Below are positions 13,767 through 24,876 of a DNA stretch of 64,000 nucleotides, piece by piece. The translations under genes were made by a program, and so were the position numbers. Every line of letters starts with the position of its first letter. The stretch's first letter is position 1. The notes under the pieces were generated by a model, which was not told where the DNA came from, did no database searches, and saw only the letters and a list, made by a program, of their open reading frames with translations. Origin of the DNA: Octopus vulgaris (Eukaryota); contig OX597816.1 in NCBI GenBank assembly GCA_951406725.2, forward strand, positions 123,690,001 to 123,754,000, given 5' to 3'.

Positions 13767-14506
13767 CTATAGACTCAGTATATTATTTTGAAATTATTTT
13801 GACTTCCGTCTTTAAAAAGATCTCATAAATACTACTTCAACTTTAAATTAGTAAAATGGTTTGAAACAAAGAACTAATACAATCAGTAATTTTCCTAAAA
13901 TTTCCAAAATGTGCAATTTTGCATTTCTGGTTTATGGTGCTTACTGACAAAAGTTAACATGTTTGGAAAGAATGATATATCACGATAGAAAAATACCGTC
14001 ATATTTGGTATTAGCATCTGCAAAGTTAACCTAAATCAACTTTCACCTTTTAAAGTAAAATTGTTGCTAACCAGTAAAACATTTAAATCAGTATAAAAAA
14101 ATATTCATTTTACTTCAGACAGCATTAGCTGAAACTAGAAAATTTGTACTTCATTATCATTTTTTGTATTAATATTGATAGTGTGATTATTGCCATGTAT
14201 GTAAATATTTGAAATATGGAGTCATTCTATTTAGTAACAGTGAGCAGTTACCAATTTGTTTATTATGTGCGTGTGTGTGTGGGGGGGATCCAACAAATGA
14301 TTAAGACCTTCAAGAATGATTGATCATTTAAAAACGAAACATCAAAAAAAAGCAAAAATTATAAAAAGCTATTTCAAGGAATATGGAAAAAATTGAATTT
14401 AGAACATCAGTCTACAAATAATGAGTTTGATTGTAAAACAAAGTAACCAACCAGGGAACAGTCACAAGCCTTCAATATTAATAGCAAAATGTAAAATGTA
14501 TATAAT

Positions 14507-14897
14507 AGGTGCAGGAGTGGCTCTGTGGTAAGTAGCTTGCTTACCAACCACATGGTTCCAGGTTCAGTCACACTGCATGGCACATTGAGCTAGTGTTTTC
14601 TACTATAGTCTCAGGCCAGCCAAAGCCTTCTGAGTGTATTTGGTAAACAGAAACTGAAAGAACCCGTTGTATATATATGTGTGTGTGTTTGTGTGTTTAT
14701 GTTTGTCCCCACAACATCGCTTGACAACCAGCACTGGTGCGTTTACATCCCTGTAACTTAGCAGTTTGACAAAAGAGACTGATAGAATCAGAACTAGGCT
14801 TACAAAGAATAAGTTCTGGGATTGATTTGCTCAAATAAAGACAGTGTTCCAGCATGGCCACAGTCAAATGACTGAAACAAGTAAAAGAATAAAAGAA
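14507..14897 (+). mobile_element. SINE family A (tRNA head plus CORE-like body)
   Basis: Full-length match to 51524-51930. Confidence 0.85.
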
Positions 14898-15372
14898 TAT
14901 ATAATATATATGTATGTATGTGTGTATATGTATATATACATACATTCATATATACGTATTTCAAAATAGAAAATTACATTTTAACAGGCAATTTTACATG
15001 CTAGAAATAGCAGCCAACACAGCCAAAAACCACAATTTTATAGTAAATTTCGAAGTACATGAAAAATAAAAACCTTTACCTTGTTATATAACGGTTATAC
15101 CATGGTTTCAGATTTCTTTAACAAATAATATCACTTGCCATCTTTTAATAGATAATTTAGCAAGACCATATTATCTACCGGGTGAATCCTCGTCAGTAAC
15201 CGGCCTAAACAACTAACTTGTAATTCAGAGACAAGATAACACGTGTCCCATCATTATATGCTATAATTTTTCAAATATCGCATGCAGGCGCATTTACAGT
15301 CAGCAAAAGATACAATGCCGAGCTGAAACTTCGAGAATGCTAAGAATATATTCATAAGGTACATATATATAT

Positions 15373-15670
15373 AGGGTGGTGAAGGTCTTGCTAAATTATC
15401 TATTAAAAGATGGCAAGTGATATTATTTGCTAAAGAAATCTGAAATCATGGTATAACCATTATATAACAAGGTAAAGGTTTTTATTTTTCATTTACTTCG
15501 AAATTTGCTATAAAATTGTGGTTTTTGGCCGTGTTGGCTGCTATTTCTAGCATGTAAAATTGCCTGTTAAAGGGTAATTTTCTATTTTTAAATATGAATA
15601 TGTTGTCTATTGACTTTTTATACATGCTAGGCCACTGGTGGTGATATTTATAACGAGTATTCGCCACCCT
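15373..15670. mobile_element. TA-flanked MITE
   Basis: TIR AGGGTGGTGAA / TTCGCCACCCT (10/11), embedded in (TA)n; an inverted partial copy lies at 14957-15167. Confidence 0.75.
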
Positions 15671-15700
15671 ATATATATACATTCATATATATATATATAT

Positions 15701-16216
15701 ATATAAACAAGAAGGGTAGTAATATTATTTACTACCAGGTGCCCAGCACAAAAGACGAATTAGTCATAAGACAAAAATATTATTCATATAGAAAAATATT
15801 ATTCATGTAGTTATACAATTAAGGGCTCCTAAATAAAGATGCCGAGTGCTGGGAACACAAAAAGGGGATGAATTTATCGAGAGTGAAAATCAAAAACGTT
15901 TACCGATAACTTTAACAACTCGTACCGCGGTTTCTGCTTCTTTCTAGCAAAACACAGAATATGTTTGCTAAGGCCAGCTTCATCAGCGAGTTGCCTGAAT
16001 TTAATCGAGGTCTGCAGCGATGTGGGGCTATACGTTAAACCCGACTACTAGCAGATCTTAACTTTTCAAATCTCTGCGCAGACGCAAAATTTACGCGGGC
16101 ATGCCGGGAAGAATTTTACGAATAAATTCATCATGTAGTATGCGAATATAAACAAGAAGGGTAGTAATATTATTTACTACCAGGTGCCCAGCACAAAAGA
16201 CGAATTAGTCATAAGA
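15701..16216 (-). mobile_element. Retrozyme-like / Penelope pseudo-LTR unit (445-bp monomer plus 71-nt terminal redundancy)
   Basis: Identical 71-mers at 15701-15771 and 16146-16216, internal type I HHR, (TA)n flanks. Confidence 0.8.
15916..15993 (-). ncRNA. Type I hammerhead ribozyme motif
   Basis: Minus strand: CAACTCG-CTGATGA-[a GCT..TAGCAAACAT/GTGTTTTGCTA..AGC a]-GAAA-CCGCG-GTA-CGAGTTG. Stem I is 7 bp perfect, stem III is the palindrome ACCGCGGT, and the cleavage triplet is GUA. Confidence 0.85.
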
Positions 16217-16307
16217 TATATACATATATATATATATATATACAATTATAAATATGCTGGCCACTGATAAAATTTGTAACAATTTTATCCTTTTGCATTA
16301 TATACAT

Positions 16308-16517
16308 ACAGTTCTATATTTAAGAGATGAGGAATTATGTACATTATTTACATTTGACAGATATTTGTCCTAATCTTGTTTGTTGTTAACACAACGTTTC
16401 AGCTGATATACCCTCCAGCCTTCATCAGGTGTCTTGGAGAAATTTCAAACCCGAGTTCTCATTCCTAAGGTATTTTTGATGATATTATTATTACTATTCA
16501 GGTCACTGCTTGAAATC
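16308..16517 (-). mobile_element. HHR-SINE copy (5'-truncated), HHR at 16388-16433
   Basis: Reverse complement of 37205-37416; GACAC-CTGATGA-aGGCTG..CAGCT-GAAACGTT-GTGTT is intact. Confidence 0.85.
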
Positions 16518-16568
16518 CGAGTTTGATTCCAAGCATTGACCTGAATAATAATAATAATAATAATAATG

Positions 16569-16628
<60 letters not shown>

Positions 16629-17345
16629 GCCCTGATGCAGTACCAGGCAGTGGCTCTCATGGCTTCTGATCTTAACTGATTGGAAGTGTTATCATGTACA
16701 TTGTTTTGTCTTGGTATAAAAGATGGGCTACAGCAAATATTCTGCTCAATACCACAGATTTGCTTGTCAGTTGTTTGACCTTAACCAGTTGAGCATGTCC
16801 CTTAGTGGCTGACGATATGTGCATCTCTGATCACGAGCAGAAGTAGTGGGGGAGCATCATGGCCATGTGTTGAGAGGGATTCTTTGGAGTTTGAATGGTT
16901 CACCTCTGGAAACATAGGTGTTTCGTTCAACATCCTAAAGCAACCCTTATTCAGGGACCGTTTGAGCAGGATGGGCTACTCAACCTGAAGAAAATTCTAA
17001 CTGGGCCCCACCTGCAAGGTCATGTGCTGTTTATCTTGATATGAGATCACCATGTCGCGCACATATGGTTGTGATGCATGTGCCTGGTGTACCTTTATCA
17101 GACGGGTAGTCATGATGGGTATATTGGGCTTCGTATATTTTACCCCAGTGTCACTTTGATGGCATGAACTGCTCTCTCACTCAATAATAATAATAATATC
17201 ATCAAAATACCTTAGGAATGAGAACCCAGGTTTGAAATTTCCCCAAGACACCTGATGAAGGTTGGCGGGTATATCAGCTGAAATGTTGTGTTAACAACAA
17301 ACAAGATGAAGACAAATATCTGTCAAATGTAAATAATGTAAAAAG
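16518..17345 (+). mobile_element. HHR-SINE copy interrupted in its (AAT)n tract; degenerate HHR at 17247-17292
   Basis: 16518-16545 and 17183-17345 match the 37198-37385 segment; the core reads GAAATGTT (CpG decay of GAAACGTT). Confidence 0.8.
16628..17182. mobile_element. About 555-bp non-coding element inserted in (AAT)n, probably the 3' UTR of a microsatellite-targeting R4/Dong LINE
   Basis: Flanked by (AAT)n on both sides and splits the SINE; the Dong assignment is inference from known (TAA)n targeting. Confidence 0.55.
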
Positions 17346-17360
17346 TGTATATATATATAT

Positions 17361-17398
<38 letters not shown>

Positions 17399-18482
17399 GA
17401 GACTTCATTTTTACTAGATGTAAATGAATTTCTAAATATTGTGATAGGCTCTGGTAAAGTAACATGTCACTGATTGCCTTCAATAATAGTTTACTATCAA
17501 CAAGAATTGACAAAGTGGCCGTTAACATTAAAAAAAAAATGACTTTAAGATAATTTGGAAATCTAGAAAAATCATTACAACTTGATAAGACAGCTTTATG
17601 TAATAATAAATCTCTGTTATTGGCCTTCATGCCTTATTCAAAAATGCCATTCAAAGAATTATAAAAGAGTTTCTTTTTGCCAAATAAGTGGAGATTGACA
17701 CAAAGGCTTAACAATTTATAGAATAGCCCAGCACATATTTATGATAAAGATATTCCTCTCAAATGTTATTTTATATGCAACTAATGAAACACTTACTATG
17801 ATTGATTGCCATCATAAATTTATAGCACATTTAAAAGAAGTAATTTCAGATATTTTTATGATACATAGTATTATTCAATGGCAATACTTTGATGCAAGCT
17901 CCACAGCAGTAGACTACATAAAATTTCATACAATGTTATTAATGCAGTGTATAAGATAGAAGCTCATCTGCTGAATATTCATATTTTGTGGAAACTTTGC
18001 TGTAAGATTGAATGAGAATTGGAATGTCTTTTATTGAAGTTTAATGACCTTCTAAGGAAAATTCTGTGAGACTTATATAATTTCTATCAGGCTATTTTGA
18101 AACTCAACTTAAAAATGCAAAACAAATATGAACTTCGGCAAGAAATGCATATCAAGTAAGAAAAACAAAGTATTCTGGCATTTTCACAAATTAAATGTGA
18201 TAAACATCAAATCTCTGAAAAACAATAGGAATCATTAAGCCTTTACTTGTTTGAGTCATTTAACCGTGGGCATCACGACTGGATTTAAACCATGGGGGTG
18301 AGGTGGGGTTGCTTCAAATTCAGTGTCTCCTCTCCCCCCACACCACACTTCATACACAAGAATTCAAATCTTGGAAAATTTGCAAATTTAAATCTCAAAA
18401 CCCATCTATTGCATGTAATTGTATTTGACAAGTTGGCAAAGAAAATTTAAATAAATGACCAAAAATGTTGCTTTATAGATAC

Positions 18483-18820
18483 ATCATCATCATCATCCTC
18501 ATCATCATCGTTTAACGTCCACTTTCCCTGCTGGCATGGGTTGGATGGTTTGACAGAGGATTGGTGAGCCAGAAGGCAGCATCAGTCTCCAATCTGATCT
18601 GGAAAAATTTCTACAGCTGGATGCCATTCCTAGCAACAACCACTCCGAGAGTGTAATGGGTGCTTTTACATGCCACTGGCACGAGGGCCAGGTACTGGCA
18701 ATGACCATGCTCAAAAGGTGTTTTTTACGTGCCACCTGCATGGGAGTCAGTCCAGCAGCACTGGCAACGACCATGCTCAAATGTTGTTTTTCATGTACCA
18801 CCAGCACATGTGCCATTAAG
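18483..18820 (-). mobile_element. RTE-type 3' tail repeat ending in (GAT)n
   Basis: CATCATCGTTTAACGTCC..GCATGGGTTGGA..CTACAGCTGGATGCC; same family at 30277, 32643, 42551, 58856, 59012, 63010. Confidence 0.8.
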
Positions 18821-19191
18821 GTGACACACTTTTCATAATTAAAATTTTTTTCTCACACATCCACTTGCAGTGTTTGACTTTTCTTTCCTTATGAAAAGTA
18901 CAATGAGGGAGGAAAGAAGGGATAAGATTTCTTTTTTCTTTAACGCAAGTTACAAATGCTTCAGAATGATGAATATGATAAATTGACAAAAAATTACAAA
19001 AAAGAAAAACATATCGTTTTAGTGGTTGTTCCAAAGGCACAATGAATGTGTGTGTGGGACACAAATATTTAAAAGACATGGATTTTTAACTTTTGGTTAA
19101 AAAAGCCTCCCTTCATTGTTTTGCAATGCATAAGAAAAATGGAAAATCCTAACAAAATTGGGAAATTCCATCATATATGGGACAGCTATTC

Positions 19192-20470
19192 TGAAAGAAT
19201 TCCATATCTCCATTAGATGACAACACATGAGTTCTGGTTGAATGAGAATAAAAATGGATGTTGTCAAACCTGTTGCTGAAGTCCACGAAGGTTATAATGG
19301 CTGGCAGTGGTCTTGATTTAACTCCTATGATATGTCTCAGGTCTAAGATTTGAGATGTTGTGGATCTCCCTGGTCTAAATCTATATTGATTTGATCTTAG
19401 ATGGGATTGGTATCAAGTCTATCTCAAACCACTGATCTGGATTTTTGTGGTTCTGCAAGAGCTTATTTGCAAAACCCAGTATTATTTCATCCAGATTGCC
19501 CCTCTAGATAACTTCAGGAGGAATTTCATTACGGTCAGCAACTTTTCCCACTTTCTGTCTATTCTTGGCACTCTGAATTCTTTCAAATACCAGCTGGGGT
19601 ACTACAAGGAGATATGCTTGCACCATATCTGATTGCAATTGTATTGGATTATGCATTGCATAATTCAATAGACAACTGTGATGAAGACTGCTTTCAGCAT
19701 AAATCAGCAAAGATCATGGTGAGTGCCAGCAGTAACCATCACAGACCTGGACTTCGCAGGTGATACAACACTCATCTCTAATAACTCATAACTAATAGAT
19801 CAAGCTCAGCAGCTGGTCAGTATAGTAGAAACATCAGCTGCTAAGATAGGACTGCATACAAATATCAAAACAGAATACATCTTTCAACCAATCAAGTGAT
19901 ACTGAACTGTTTGCTCTGAGAGGTTCCAAATTGAATGTTACTGAAGACTTCACGTATTTAAGTGGTTGGGTAAGCAGTTTGGAAGCAGGTATCAAGATCA
20001 GGAAAGCACAAGCATGGACTGACTGTCACAAACTAAAGAAAGTCTGGAACTCTAAATTGCCCAGGCAAATCAAAATAAAGTTGTTCATTGCAACTGTTGA
20101 ATCAATGCTATTGTATGTCAGTGAAACATGGACACTGACAAGAAAATTATCAAATGGATTAAATGGATGCTGCACAAAATTGCTATAAATGGCTCTAAAT
20201 ATGAAATGACAGCAACATATAACAAATGAATTTCCTTTATGGAGACCTTCTGAAGGTTAGCAAGAAGATCAGACAAAGACATCTGCAATTATCTGATCCC
20301 TGTGTGCACCACCCTTAGCAGGGAATATCCAAATTAGTCTTGTGGAACCCACTTCATGGTGGTGTAAGCAGAAGAATTCATCATCACACATCAACTTGAT
20401 TGCAGACACTGGCCTAGAATATATTCAGGAATTCGAAGCAGTCATGATGGACTGTAAAGTGTGGCAGGTA
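19192..20470. mobile_element. Degenerate RTE-clade LINE with inverted 5' part (19192-19565 minus; 19575-20470 plus)
   Basis: Minus strand: FRPGRSTT, IITFVDFSNRFDNIH. Plus strand: GVLQGDMLAPYL, ITDLDFAGD, FTYLSG, KLFIATVESMLLYVSETW. Confidence 0.85.
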
Positions 20471-21035
20471 GACTTTGAATTAATAATATTCCAAAAGTCT
20501 GCTTTTCCAGTTTCCAGTAAAGGGTGGTGGGCACAACGAGTAATATTTACTGCATTTTTGACTTAGAAGAAAAATATATTTTTATAAATGTTCACTATCT
20601 AACAATAACTACATCAGCTAAGCAAATGACCATCTCTAAATGCATTAGAAACATTATAACAAATTCAGAACACTATTTCAGAAAATTATCTCTGTTCTCT
20701 TTGAGCATATAAAAGACAAATTTAGATGGGACAGAATGAGTAAGACAAGATAAAGTAAATTTGCCCCTTCACTTCTCCAGAATTACATTTGAAGAAAACT
20801 CATACATATCAATATCCATTCTTAGACACCAGAAAGATCAGAATTTGACTATTTTGCAAATAAAGTGGGTAATGATAACTAGGAATAACTACAGAAAAGA
20901 CAATTTAGTTTTCTTTACTACGATTTCAGTTCAATTACCTATGGTCATCTTCATTTTTCATCCACCAAGAGTGTTAAAACCAGTACCGGTTGTTGAGTTC
21001 CCAGTCAGCATTGGCCTAGCAGAATATGATCAAAA

Positions 21036-21270
21036 GGTGGCGAGCTGGCAGAAACATTAGCATGCCAGGCGAAATGCTTAGCGATATTTCGTCTGCTGCT
21101 ACGTTCTGAGTTCAAATTCTGCTGAGGTTGACTTTGCCTTTCATCCTTTCGTGGTGGATAAATTAAGTACCAGTTATGCACTGGGGTTGATGTAATCGAC
21201 ATAATCCCCATTTGTCTGTCCTTGTTTGTCTCCTCTATGTTTAGCCCCTTGTGGGCAATAAAGAATTAAG
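21036..21270 (+). mobile_element. tRNA-derived SINE family B (well-preserved copy)
   Basis: GGCGAGCTGGCAGAAAC head, GAGTTCAAATTC B box, GCCTTTCATCCTTTCG..GATAAATTAAGTACCAG core. Confidence 0.85.
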
Positions 21271-21943
21271 AATATGATCATAAGGCATTCCAACCATGAC
21301 CATCGTATCTTTGTGGGAATACCTTTTTTAATGTTAACTAGATGTTGAGGGCAGTAAGATGTGATTAGAAGAAAATTTTTGTTGCTATTTGTAACAGGTT
21401 GAGTAATGGGGAAGAGACTTCCTTGTTAACTTAACCACTACCTGTAATAACAGATTTTTGATTCAATCAGTTATATTTGCTATACCTATCAAGTTAGTAC
21501 TGCATCTGTCAAAAGAATATTAAAAAATAACTTTCACCCATGGGGTAAGTGGGTGAGATTTAGTAGTCTAATTGAAGTGAAAGAAATTAACGAGAATCGA
21601 AATATGACTTCAAAGCCAGCCAACCAAGAAATTTGTAAATTGAAATCTAAATAAATGAATGTGGCCAGTTGCAATTGATTTATGCGTTTTTGATGTCTCC
21701 ATTTTTTATGTGTCCATGTAGTCACTAGCAAACACAGGCTTCCCATCCACCATCCCATTCTTGTCCAAGATATGACAGCTGGAGGAAGAGAACGTTACAT
21801 TCCAAGGCATTTTTCTGATGCTCTAATGATTATGCCACTTTATCATCATAAACTGAAGAGTAAAAAGACATTAAATATTTAGGGAAGAGAAAGGGAGAGC
21901 ACACTTGTGTAAACTTTCATCCCATATTTAAGCAATTTCAATC

Positions 21944-23555
21944 CAATAATAATTCTGTTTCTTTCTCTGCTACTTAGCCCATCTGTAACGCTTTCATGCA
22001 ATTAGTGGAAAAGAAAGGCAATGAGTGAGAGCAAAAAAAGGAGAAAGAAAAAGAGGGGAAGGCAAAGATTGAGAGAAAAAGAGGGAGGGGAAAAAGAGGG
22101 AGAGAGAAAGTAGTTAATTATTTGACTAATTAATTAGCAAGTAACTAATTACATAACTAATTAATTAAACAAGCAACTAATTAATTAACTAACTAATTAA
22201 TGAACTGATTTATTAAGCAAGCAAGCAATAATTGATGAACTAATAAACTGAGCAAGCAACTAATTAATTAATTAACTAATAAATTAATGAACTAATTAAC
22301 TTTTTAATTAAGCAAGCAATCAGTTAATTACATAACTAACAAAGCAATCAGGTAACTAATTAATTAACTACTTGAAAAACTAATCAAACAAGCAAGCAAG
22401 TAATTCCTTAAGTAAGCAAGGAAGCAACTAATTAATAAATTAAGCAAGCAAGTAACTAATTAATTAAGCAAGCAACAATGGAGTAAGTAACTAATTAAGC
22501 ATGCAAGCAATTAAGTAATTCACTAATTAATTAAGCAAGCAACTAATGAATTTGCTAATTAATTAAGCAAGCAACTAATTAATGAACTAACTAATTAAGC
22601 AAGCTAGAAACTTATTAATTAACTAACTAATTGACCAAGCAGGTAATTAATTAATTATAATTAGTTCATTAATTAGTTGTTTACTTTGTTAGTTAATTAG
22701 TTATAAGCTGTTTGCTTAATTAATTAGTTTATTAATCAGTTGCTTGCTGGATTCATTAGTTATTTAATTAGTTGCTTGCTTAATTGATTATTTAATTAAT
22801 TAGCTGCTTGTTCCCATAATTAGTTAGTTAAATAATTAGTTGCTTACTTAATTAGTTAATTAGGAAGTCTCTTCCTTGCTTAATTAGTTAATTAATTAGT
22901 TGCTTCCTTCTCAATTAATTAGTTAATAAATTAGTTGCTTGCTTCTTAATTAATTAGTTCATTAATTTGTTGCTTGCTTGCTTGCTTGCTTAATTGGAGA
23001 CTTAATAAATTTGCTAATTGCTCAATTAATTAGTTGCTTGCTTTCTTAATTACTTAATTAATTGCTTAATGAATTAGTTAATTATTTATTTGCTTGTTGG
23101 CTTAAGTAATTAATTAGCTGCTTCCTTGCTTGATTAGTTAATTATTTGTTTGCTTAATACATTAGCTAATGAATTACTCGCTTGTGTAATAAATTAGTTA
23201 ATTGATTAGTTGCTTGCTTCTTAAGTAATTAGTTCAATAATTTATTGTTTGCTTAATTAATTAGTTCATTATTAAGTTGCTTGCTTGCTTAATTAGTTAG
23301 TTAATTAGTTAGTTGCTTATTTAATTAGTTAATTACTTAGTTTTTTGCTTGCTTAATTAGTTAATTAATTAGTTACTTTCTGTCTCCTTCTTTTTCTCTC
23401 TCTCTCTCTTTCTCTTTCAGTCTTTGCCTTACCTCCTTTTTCTTTCTCCTTTTTCTTTCCCCTTTTTCCCTCGCTCATTGCCTTTCCTTTCAACTACTCA
23501 TGTGAGAGCATTACAGATGGGCTAATTAACTGAGGAATAATCAAAATTATTATTG
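21944..23555. repeat. 1.6-kb foldback palindrome with internal (AAGCAAGCAACTAATTAATT)-like arrays
   Basis: Outer arms match as inverted repeats (TTAGCCCATCTGTAA / TTACAGATGGGCTAA; AAAGGCAATGAG / CTCATTGCCTTT); the array switches strand at 22657/22658. Confidence 0.9.
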
Positions 23556-23934
23556 CCTTGTTGTTGTCATTGTTGTTGCTGTCTGGTATCCCAGGTAAGG
23601 CCCAATCAAGCAACTTGGCCATGATGGATCACAACCTTTAAAGATTTAGTGAAACAAATCAACTGGAACTTATTTTAAGTGTTACTTATTCCATTGGTCT
23701 CTTCTTCCAAACCACTAAGTTAAAGGATCATAGACAGATACCAATTGTCAAGTGATGGTGGTGGGACAAATACAAAGATGCACATACATCATCATCCTCA
23801 TCATCATGGACTGGCCATGTTTATACATATACACATGTATGTATGTCTTTTCTTTCTCTTTTTAATTTTGTGTAAACTTTTTGACTTTCTACCTACTTTG
23901 TAGCAAGGTTGTGAAGGAAAGCGTCTTGCTTTGT

Positions 23935-24590
23935 TCATCATCCTTTAAATTTTATGAAGGTCTTGCAGGTTTTGTAGTCTCAGATTCTATGATCATTTGT
24001 GATCATTAAGTATTTGCATTCTATGACCAACAGCCCATACATTCCTCGAGATGGGATGGCATGTATCTTGTTGCTCTAATAATAATAGGTATGAAGCTGA
24101 AAGTATATCTTGGGTACTGGATTTTCAAATTTCTCATCAATGGTCCATAGATATCCTCTTTATCGTGTATTTTTCTAACCACATTGGTGTCCAGAGGGCA
24201 GCTGATTTCCTTAACAAAACATATTTTCCTTGCAACTCCACACAACAATATCTGGCCAGTTGTACTTTAATTTAGTGGCCATTTAATTATTCAAGTTTCA
24301 CCAATATTCTATTGACCCATCAATGTCTCAATATCATCAGCTTCATCTGTAGAAGTTTTCTTTTTTGTTATCCTATTCCAGACCATTCTGGCCACTGCAT
24401 TATACCTCATGGGAAGATTATATCTAGAAGACATTCTCTTGCAGCTGGCAATAATGTGGTTGATGTCTTAAGTCTTGGGCTTGCAAAGCCTAGATTTGTT
24501 GTCTGTCGGTGTTTTCAGCCTCTTATTTATGATGTATGTACTTGGTAGGGATCTCTTGTCCCTGAATTGCATGGAGGTAGCCTTCAAAGT
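23935..24590 (-). mobile_element. Degenerate 3' ORF of an RLE-type LINE (R4/Dong-like)
   Basis: Minus strand: SRLCK..DINHIIASC (CCHC knuckle), MRYNAV, RPDI, EISCPLD, K..IYGPL, IPIII. Confidence 0.75.
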
Positions 24591-24611
24591 GTTTGTGTGT
24601 GTGTGTGTGTA

Positions 24612-24876
24612 TGAGGGTTGGTTGATTAGTTCATAGGCTGACCAAAATAATAAGGTTTATTTTTCAGTATAGTCACACATTTCTTCCATTGCTGTTGAGA
24701 TGCTGGGATCCCATTGGGGAAGAGGTTTTCATCCTGTTACTCAAAATAAGTCATCAACAGCAGATATGACAGAATCATCAATGCAATACTGGTTCCCATA
24801 CAAGTATATTTTCATGTTGGGGAAGAGATAATGGAGATTATCTCGGTCAGCCTATGAACTTATCAACCAGCCCTCA
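24612..24876. mobile_element. Mariner-type MITE; adjacent transposase scrap at about 24990-25180 (minus)
   Basis: 32-bp TIR TGAGGG(T/C)TGGTTGAT(T/A)AGTTCATAGGCTGACC; the neighbour reads LFHQHNTPAHKS on the minus strand. Confidence 0.8.

Noticed and set aside
11190-14075. Decayed DNA-transposon remnants
   Set aside because: Motif hints only; termini and family could not be supported by eye
22130-23375. CRISPR-like or coding repeat array
   Set aside because: No unique spacers, eukaryotic context and stop-rich; it is the internal array of the foldback element
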